Below, in pieces: positions 56,540 through 62,782 of a stretch of DNA of 64,000 bases. The DNA is from a virus. The stretch covers positions 64,001-128,000 of IMG/VR virus record IMGVR_UViG_3300010165_000001. The stretch is one strand, 5' to 3'. Under the pieces are notes generated by a model, which was not told the DNA's origin, ran no database searches, and saw only the letters and a program-made list of their open reading frames with translations. Within the stretch, counting starts at the first letter, position 1. Each line of letters begins with the position of its first letter. The translations under genes were made by a program, and so were the position numbers.

Positions 56540-57327
56540 TATTTTTCTCCTTCCGAATCTAATTCGTTTCGTCTTATATCTAAAACTGCTTTTTCAGCAT
56601 CTTTTCTTGATAATCCTTTTGCTAACTGTAATGTAACAATAGATTCCTCATAACCTAGTTTATTATTTTTAGACATGTAATTAACTACATCTTTCCATAA
56701 TTTATCTAAGTCTTTAGGATTTTGAAGGCTTGTAGAATATGTTAGGTTAGAAATACTACTTGAAATTTGTTCTCTTCTTAATGCTCCTGCATCTTGTTGT
56801 GTTTCTGGTGTTGTACCATAACCTGTAACAAATGATTTAACAAATTTCTCCCATGTAGCTTCAGGATTTGCAGGATGTGCAGTTAAAGCTACACCACTAA
56901 TCATAACAGAATCTATAATTCTATTATCATTAACATTTCTACTCTTCACTGCTCCTTCTATAGAGAATCCTAATCTACGTCCTGAGCCTGTCTTTTGTAA
57001 TTTCTCTGCTAAATCTAACATCTTAATAACTTTATCATTATCCTTAAACAATTTAGCTTCAATGTATAATCCTTTATTCATATCTACATAACAATTTTCT
57101 GAAGGAATACCTACGATTTGGTCAGGTTGATGTTCATAGTTAACATATCCATGCTTTTTGAAGTATTCTATATCTATCCCTTTAGGGTTTACAATATCAT
57201 TTTGTAAATCTAAGTTAGGTGTTGAAGCCCAACCAGATACTGTAGAGAATTCTCTAGTGTCATTTTCTACCTCTGTAGACTTCTCTAAATCTAAAGGAAC
57301 AAAAGTATTAAATTTTGTCTCTTCCAA
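56539..57327 (-). CDS. Prohead protease (HK97/U35-S78 family)
   Basis: 262 aa with a TTG start after GAGAGGTG. It contains ..GWASTPNLDLQNDIV..VNYEHQ..LGFSIEGAV..ISGVALTAHPANPEA.., consistent with His/Ser prohead proteases. It is positioned before the scaffold-like and capsid genes. Confidence 0.7.
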   Translation of the reverse strand: MEETKFNTFVPLDLEKSTEVENDTREFSTVSGWASTPNLDLQNDIVNPKGIDIEYFKKHGYVNYEHQPDQIVGIPSENCYVDMNKGLYIEAKLFKDNDKVIKMLDLAEKLQKTGSGRRLGFSIEGAVKSRNVNDNRIIDSVMISGVALTAHPANPEATWEKFVKSFVTGYGTTPETQQDAGALRREQISSSISNLTYSTSLQNPKDLDKLWKDVVNYMSKNNKLGYEESIVTLQLAKGLSRKDAEKAVLDIRRNELDSEGEK

Positions 57328-57454
57328 AAGGTTTTACACCTCTCTTATGCTATATTTTTCAAATACATATGTGTACTCTCTACATAATATAACATTATTA
57401 ACTTTCTTGTTGATTTTATTATGTATATTTATCTTATACATTTGCTATACATTT

Positions 57455-57483
57455 ATTATAGCATATAATCCTTTTTTTACAAA
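57455..57483 (-). promoter_or_regulatory. Putative promoter upstream of the prohead protease
   Basis: On the minus strand: TTGTAA, ~16 nt, then TGCTATAAT (TG-extended -10). It lies directly after the terminator at 57486-57512. Confidence 0.4.
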
Positions 57484-57485
57484 AT

Positions 57486-57512
57486 AAAAAAAAGACTACT
57501 TTAATAGTAGTC
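57486..57512 (-). terminator. Rho-independent terminator
   Basis: A 7-bp stem, gactact/agtagtc, is followed on the minus strand by T8. It lies 4 nt after the 57516 stop. Confidence 0.65.
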
Positions 57513-57515
57513 AAT

Positions 57516-57950
57516 TTATTCTAAATTAATATCTTTTTCATTTTGTTTACTCATATGTTTTTCATAATCATTAATATATGTTATTTGGTATCCTGTGTAA
57601 TTTTTAATACATGTTGTTTTATACTCACTTTCTACGTATACATTTTTACCTTCTTCTAACTGATTAAATACAGTATTAAGTTGTTCATTTGTATAATGTT
57701 CATTATTTAAATTAACTACACATGCTTGTATATATATTTCTATATACTTTATAGGGTTAGGTTCTTCTTTACCCAAAAGTTTGTCAATCCTTTCTAAGAT
57801 ACTTTTATTAAACTTTTCTCGTTCTTTCATTATCTTTTGTACCTCACTAGGTATTAATACAGTATTTGCATATTGCATATGCCATAAATATCCATTATCT
57901 AATAAATAATAGACAAGATTGTAAATTTCTCGTTTGTTGTAGTCACTCAC
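57516..57950 (-). CDS. Hypothetical protein (144 aa)
   Basis: Monocistronic minus-strand ORF bracketed by terminators. No motif recognised. Confidence 0.55.
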   Translation of the reverse strand: MSDYNKREIYNLVYYLLDNGYLWHMQYANTVLIPSEVQKIMKEREKFNKSILERIDKLLGKEEPNPIKYIEIYIQACVVNLNNEHYTNEQLNTVFNQLEEGKNVYVESEYKTTCIKNYTGYQITYINDYEKHMSKQNEKDINLE

Positions 57951-57994
57951 ATAGCAATACTCCTTTCACGTATTATATTTCTAATATAATAAAG

Positions 57995-58022
57995 AAAAAA
58001 GACTAGGATATTATCCTAGTCT
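57995..58022 (-). terminator. Rho-independent terminator
   Basis: A near-perfect palindrome, agactaggata-t-tatcctagtct, is followed on the minus strand by T6. Confidence 0.7.
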
Positions 58023-58028
58023 TAGATA

Positions 58029-58763
58029 TTAATAATAGTTATGAGCATCATGGTAAGAAAGGGCTGCACTTGTTGAACCATAACGGTCAATCATATATTG
58101 TTTAGCTCCTTTAGTTTGTTCAGCTACTGAACCATTAGCCCAATTTTTGCCAAGACCTTGGAAAAGTCCAGTCGCACCAGATGAAGCATTAACAGCATTT
58201 GGATTTAATGTAGATTCTCTTTTAGCAATTTCTACCATTGCTTGGTCTCCACCTGCTGCTAAGATTTGAGCTTCAATTGAACCGTTACTTGCAGTTGATT
58301 TAGATGAAGTTTCTTGTTTAACTTCTTGCTTAGGTGCTTCTACCTTTTTAGGTGCTTCTACCTTTTTAGGTTGTTCATTTGAACTTGTTGCTTTATTAGT
58401 ATTGATTTCATTTTGAGTATCAAATTGTGATTGTTGTTGGTCTACTTTTTGTTTAGGTGCATTATAAGCTTGTTCTTGTGCTGCTAATTGTGAACTTGTA
58501 TTATTTACCTGTGTTCCTACATGATACTCATAACCAAAGTAACCATTATAACTGTAGAAATGATAAGTAAATTCCCCATCGCTGAATGAGAAATCATAGT
58601 TTCCTTCTTGGATAGGTTCGTTGTTAATTTCTGGTGCATTTGTTTTAGCTTGTTCTGCTAATTTATTATAATCAATTTCGTCTGCACTAGCTTCGTTTGA
58701 AGCAAAACCTCCAAAAGTAATAGCTGTACCTAATGCTAATGTTGCAAAAATTGTTTTCTTCAT
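58029..58763 (-). CDS. Secreted transglycosylase-like (SLT/IsaA-like) protein
   Basis: 244 aa. It has a signal peptide (MKKTIFATLALGTAITFGGFASNEASA), a KKVEAPKKVEAP repeat, and a C-terminal domain with ..IAKRESTLNPNAVN..GATGLFQ.. (the E-S ... G-L-x-Q motif of lytic transglycosylases). Confidence 0.7.
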   Translation of the reverse strand: MKKTIFATLALGTAITFGGFASNEASADEIDYNKLAEQAKTNAPEINNEPIQEGNYDFSFSDGEFTYHFYSYNGYFGYEYHVGTQVNNTSSQLAAQEQAYNAPKQKVDQQQSQFDTQNEINTNKATSSNEQPKKVEAPKKVEAPKQEVKQETSSKSTASNGSIEAQILAAGGDQAMVEIAKRESTLNPNAVNASSGATGLFQGLGKNWANGSVAEQTKGAKQYMIDRYGSTSAALSYHDAHNYY

Positions 58764-58806
58764 AATTCTTAAAACTCCTTAATTAATTTTTTTTATTACA
58801 TAAGTA

Positions 58807-58835
58807 ATCATAACATACTTATGATTTTCTCACAA
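58807..58835 (-). promoter_or_regulatory. Sigma-A-type promoter for the transglycosylase gene
   Basis: On the minus strand: TTGTGA (58835-58830), a 17-nt spacer, then TGTTATGAT (-10 at 58812-58807). Confidence 0.5.
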
Positions 58836-58927
58836 GCTATAATATACCACTAAATAGTGTAATAATATTAAGGTTTAGTTACAAAAGTTACAGTATGTAA
58901 TTATTCAGAATATTATAACAGACAAAT

Positions 58928-58956
58928 AAAAAAAAGAGACCTGTAAATAGGTCTCT
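58928..58956 (-). terminator. Rho-independent terminator after the endolysin gene
   Basis: An 8-bp stem, agagacct/aggtctct, is followed on the minus strand by T8. Confidence 0.75.
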
Positions 58957-58967
58957 CTTAATTTCTA

Positions 58968-61733
58968 TTATTTAATTGAACCCCAAAGCTTTCCTAAGCC
59001 TTGATTTGGAGGAGCTACGCCATTCCATGTACGTATAGGAAGATAATATCTTTTCCCTTTCCAAGTATAACCTACCCACACTAAAAAATCTTGCAACATA
59101 ACTTCATCATAATCACAGTAACCTCCTGGTTGGAAGTTATAAGCTACTGGACAACTTCTAAATGGACCAGTTGTTCTAACTACAATAGGTTGATTACCAT
59201 TAGTAAATCTAGCTTTCTCACTCATATACCACGTACCATAACTATTACGTTTCCATTTTCCTGCTACAGTTGATTTAGTATTACTTGCAGAACCTGTTTT
59301 ATTAGATACAGTAGCTGTTGGTACTTTACCTGCTTGATAAGCTCTGATTTGCTTGATGAAATAATCTTTAAGTTTAAGTTGTATTGCTTTTGAAGGTACG
59401 CCTTGTGTCACAGGGTCGAAACCAGTGTGTAGTTTCATACTTCTGTGAGGGCAGCTAGTCTGTGAAAATTCCATATGGAGTCTCACTGTATTACGGTTGG
59501 CTTTTAACCCCCACTTATTTAATAAACGTGCAGTTTCTTGAAATGCTGCTTGTTCATTTGCTAGGAATACTTTATCACTTGCACCAATAGATTGACATAT
59601 CTCTATACCATAATAATTTTTATTACCATTTTGGTTAGCTGTATGCCATGCTATACGACTTTCTGGTAGTGCTTGATATACTGTATTACCACTGATATAT
59701 GAATGAGCTACACCTGCTTCTAATCGAGATAAAGGTGCATTTACTAATCCATTATGATACGCTTCTGCTGTTGCACCTACACTACCCGCATCATTGTGTA
59801 GAACAATGCCTTTAGGTGTATATCCACGATTAGGTAAACGATAACCTTTTACTTCATCACGAATATAAGTTAGTTTTTTAGCTTTTTTCTTAGCTGTTGA
59901 TTTTTTAGTTGTTGTTTTTTTAGTTGTTGTTTTTTTAGTTGTTGTTTTTTTACTTGGAGTTTTCGTTTTTGCCTCTTCTTTGTAATATGGTCTAATGAAC
60001 CATTGAGGAAAATCGTATGTGTGTGTTACTCTTGTTGCTGCTTCCCAACCTGTTCCTCCTTTAGCTGAACCGCTTGTCCAACCTCCGCCTTGCCAATTCT
60101 GGTCAAGACTTACAAACTTCATTAAGTTTCCGTCAGCATTTCCATTTAAAACTATAGATACGTGACCATACCCGCCACCGTAGGATGAGTTAAAAATTGC
60201 CAAGTCACCTGGTTTAGCTTTAAATGAAGATGTATTATTATATACCTTAGCTATACCTTTAAAATTATTTGAGTTAGGTATGTCTTTTGCTCCTACACCT
60301 TTAAGACTTAAACCAAATAATTTATTCCAATATTCGTTAGCTAGGTCAAAACACTGGTACCCGTACCCGATATGTTTACTAAGAACCCTTTCCATTTATA
60401 TATTTCTATATAAACTTGTATAAATTCATAGTGATTATTAATTAATCCTTATAGGTTTCCTATAAGACCAGACTATATCATTATATAGGTTAAATAAATT
60501 TAAAAGTATACTTTTTTCCCTCTATGTTTTTACAGAATTCCCTTTTTCCTTCTGCTACTTCTTTAATATGACTTAGTGTAGCTATATTTAAAGACCTTTT
60601 TACCTCAGCCATAGATTTATATTCTTTATTTGTCTCAAAACAATAAAATTTAAGTGTTCCTCTACCATCTTTATAATACTTATCATATATATTATACCTT
60701 TTTGCTAAAGTTATTACATAACCTAGGTCTACATTATATTTTTTAGATATTTGAAAAGCATTTATACCTTTTTTGTAATCTTCTAGTATTTTCAATATAT
60801 TCATATCTTTACCTTCTATTATAAGTTCTAGTATACTTTCTTTTCTTTTTCATCTATCGAAGGTAAAATACTCTCTTTTATTGAATCCTCTATATATTTA
60901 AAATAACTTTTAGAACAATCGAGTTCAACTAATTTTATATTATTTTCTTCACAATACTGTCTTTTTTCTTCATCAGATTGTTTAGTATTTTTATAAGAAT
61001 CTACCCAATTAGAACTAATATTATTTGTATAATGTTGTTCACCATGTGTTTCGATTGCTATGTTTAGTTTTGGTAAATAAAAATCTATAAATCTATTTTT
61101 ATTGTGAAGTTTATATTGATGTTCAAATTCTATATCTTTAGTCTTTAAATAAGAATATATAAATCTTTCAGGGTAGCTCATGTAGTCTTTACAGTAAGGA
61201 CAAGAAAAACCATTATTATATAAGTTATGTGCCCGAACCTTCTTTTCATATTTACAAATAGGACATACACAATCTATATACCTATCACTACCTCTACTGT
61301 AGTATTTTGCATCATTTTTATTTTTAAAATATTTTAATAAATGTGTTTCATTATAGAGGGAATTTTCTTTTTTTTACTCTTATGTTTTCACCTTTAAATT
61401 TCATTTTACATTTCTCCTATATACTCATCACTGTCCGTCAATTGACGATACTTAGTCGTTGAACCTTATTCTTCTTTCACTATATCATGAGAATAAATTA
61501 ATGTCAATAGTTAATCCAAAGAATCTTGGCTGCTGATTGCCTAATCCTTAGTATTTTTGAACTATCACGCTTACCGTTACCAGTTACGTTGTAGTTACTA
61601 AGGCTCTAAAGGGTTCCCAGCAATTCAATGAGTTTTACATGGACTCGTAAGTTAATCCATCAAAATCTATTTTCTTACCTTCTAAACTTTTGACAAATGC
61701 TACTGCTTCTTTTTCTGTGAGTTTTGCAACCAT
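58968..61733 (-). CDS. Endolysin (CHAP, amidase_2, SH3b), split into exon 1 (61655..61733) and exon 2 (58968..60367); the spliced product is ~492 aa
   Basis: Exon 1 (ATG at 61733, 2 nt after the holin stop) encodes [26 protein letters not shown]. Exon 2 continues [13 protein letters not shown].. (CHAP Cys), GYGHVSIV (CHAP His), an amidase domain ([22 protein letters not shown]) and an SH3b tail. The joined product reads DFDG(W/L)YGYQC, a canonical CHAP N-terminus. Confidence 0.85.
59885..59960 (-). repeat. 15-bp in-frame tandem repeat encoding the (KKTTT)n inter-domain linker of the endolysin
   Basis: ttttttagttgttgt occurs three times exactly (59901-59945), flanked by degenerate copies. The encoded protein is [26 protein letters not shown]. 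Confidence 0.8.
60490..60804 (-). CDS. Intron ORF 2: HTH plus NUMOD-like DNA-binding module, typical of homing-endonuclease C-termini
   Basis: 104 aa. It has an N-terminal HTH (..[27 protein letters not shown]..) followed by [31 protein letters not shown].., which resembles NUMOD1/IENR-type modules. Confidence 0.55.
   Translation of the reverse strand: MNILKILEDYKKGINAFQISKKYNVDLGYVITLAKRYNIYDKYYKDGRGTLKFYCFETNKEYKSMAEVKRSLNIATLSHIKEVAEGKREFCKNIEGKKYTFKFI
60828..61404 (-). pseudogene. Intron ORF 1: zinc-ribbon plus Vsr/DUF559-like PD-(D/E)XK homing endonuclease, with its frame broken at an A8 run
   Basis: AGGAGA-N8-ATG (61404) opens [12 protein letters not shown]. After the A8 run (61368-61375) this frame hits TAA at 61351-61353. 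The +1 frame continues [71 protein letters not shown].. to 60828. The track shows only the part from the internal Met at 61181. Confidence 0.55.
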
Positions 61734-61734
61734 C

Positions 61735-62292
61735 TTATTTATCATCCCTTTCTAAATTGTCAGGGTCAATTGTAGTATCTAATGGTGTATCATCATGAAG
61801 TTTACTTCCACCTAAAGGTGTACTATCGTCATCTTCATACTCAGAAACATCATATTCTACCTCGTCTGAATCATCTGTAAAAGGTTCAGAAGTATCGAAT
61901 TCTTCTGGTTCTTTTTCTTTACGCTCTGGAGCTACATCTGCAAGTGAACTATCATTTTGCCATTGAACAAATTCGTTAGGGTCTTTATCATTTCTAGGTT
62001 TTGTGTAATCAGTTCTTACAATCTCACTATCTTTTGCACCCTTACTGTTAGGGTCTACTGAAACACCTAACAATCCAAGGATTAAGAAAATAAACTCAAT
62101 AATTTTACTTGAGTTAGCTGTGATATCGTCTACTTGAGCTGATAAGTCTACACCTATTAATCCACCGAATGATACAGCAGCACTACCTAAAATACCTACA
62201 ACACCTGTCCAAAAATAAGGACTACGTACACGTGTAGATAAGTTTTGACCTAAAAATACTTTAGGCTTTTTCTGTTTAGTATCTTTTGACAC
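61735..62292 (-). CDS. Holin
   Basis: 185 aa with a GTG start after TAGGAGTG. It has two predicted TM helices (FWTGVVGILGSAAVSFGGLIGV; IIEFIFLILGLLGVSV) and a long acidic C-terminal tail. It lies immediately upstream of the endolysin start. Confidence 0.7.
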   Translation of the reverse strand: MSKDTKQKKPKVFLGQNLSTRVRSPYFWTGVVGILGSAAVSFGGLIGVDLSAQVDDITANSSKIIEFIFLILGLLGVSVDPNSKGAKDSEIVRTDYTKPRNDKDPNEFVQWQNDSSLADVAPERKEKEPEEFDTSEPFTDDSDEVEYDVSEYEDDDSTPLGGSKLHDDTPLDTTIDPDNLERDDK

Positions 62293-62318
62293 TATCTATC
62301 ACTCCTATAATATTATAT

Positions 62319-62355
62319 AAAAAAATCCATTAAAGACTTTTAATCTTCAATGGAT
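62319..62355 (-). terminator. Rho-independent terminator
   Basis: The stem atccatt(a)aaga / tctt(c)aatggat is followed on the minus strand by T7, after the 62368 stop. Confidence 0.6.
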
Positions 62356-62367
62356 AATATAGCAATT

Positions 62368-62553
62368 TTATTCTACTATTGTATTTAATTTTTTAATAAT
62401 ATCGGAAGTCTCTTTTGTATCAAAATCTGATAGACTAACTCCATCAAGGATTTCTAACTTATCTAATAAGTCTTGTTTGTCTTTAATTTTATCTTCCATT
62501 AAACCTTTTACAATTAAACTATTTACATAGTTAGTTTGTTTATAACTAGCCAT
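62368..62553 (-). CDS. Hypothetical protein (61 aa)
   Basis: Minus-strand ORF overlapping the upstream gene by 8 nt. No motif recognised. Confidence 0.5.
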   Translation of the reverse strand: MASYKQTNYVNSLIVKGLMEDKIKDKQDLLDKLEILDGVSLSDFDTKETSDIIKKLNTIVE

Positions 62554-62782
62554 TTAAAATAACTTCCTCATTCACTTTTATTTCTTTTAATTTACAATCA
62601 ATATTAATTACATATTTATATTGACTAATATATTTCTGTGCTAATTCTTTAGTGCTAAAGTAATATTCTTCTTTTGATATAGAAACATTTCCTTCTTCTT
62701 TCGAGTTATCTACTTGAATATCAGAAACTTTTTTATACTTAGTTACTTTAAATATACTAAACTTAGGTAATTTTTTATCCAT
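62546..62782 (-). CDS. Hypothetical protein (78 aa)
   Basis: Minus-strand ORF with RBS GAGAGGGGA upstream of the ATG. No motif recognised. Confidence 0.5.
   Translation of the reverse strand: MDKKLPKFSIFKVTKYKKVSDIQVDNSKEEGNVSISKEEYYFSTKELAQKYISQYKYVINIDCKLKEIKVNEEVILNG

Larger units (their letters stand above)
60368..61654 (-). mobile_element. Group I intron (~1287 nt) in the endolysin gene, carrying endonuclease ORFs
   Basis: The P1 hairpin is ATGGAT|T..AGTCCAT with a U.G pair at the junction. Other elements are GCTGGGAACCC, TAGGCAATCAGCAGCC, R GGTTCAACGACTAAG (61452-61465) and S TGATATAGTCTG (60469-80). The terminal nucleotide is G. The ORFs lie between the R and S elements. Boundaries are +/-2 nt. 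Confidence 0.8.

Noticed and set aside
106-57487. All plus-strand ORFs in the track (for example 106..552, 3002..3298, 5724..6053, 6120..6473, 6485..6790, 12658..13005, 18194..18553, 31738..32112, 56073..56636, 57158..57487)
   Set aside because: Each lies antisense to a longer minus-strand gene with recognisable motifs. Their products are Ser/Leu/Phe/Ile-rich low-complexity strings, typical of the reverse frame of AT-rich Lys/Glu/Asn-rich genes. I saw no RBS or motif.
59885-59960. Short direct repeats considered as a possible CRISPR-like or iteron array
   Set aside because: The 15-bp units are contiguous with no spacers. They are in-frame and encode the KKTTT linker of the endolysin. No CRISPR array or cas genes are present in the window.
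60368-60395. The ATG at 60395 ([10 protein letters not shown]...) as the true endolysin start
   Set aside because: It would start inside the CHAP domain, only 14 aa before the catalytic Cys. The upstream exon next to the holin stop supplies the conserved ..DFDG.. segment. These 9-10 codons are better explained as the 3' end of the intron.
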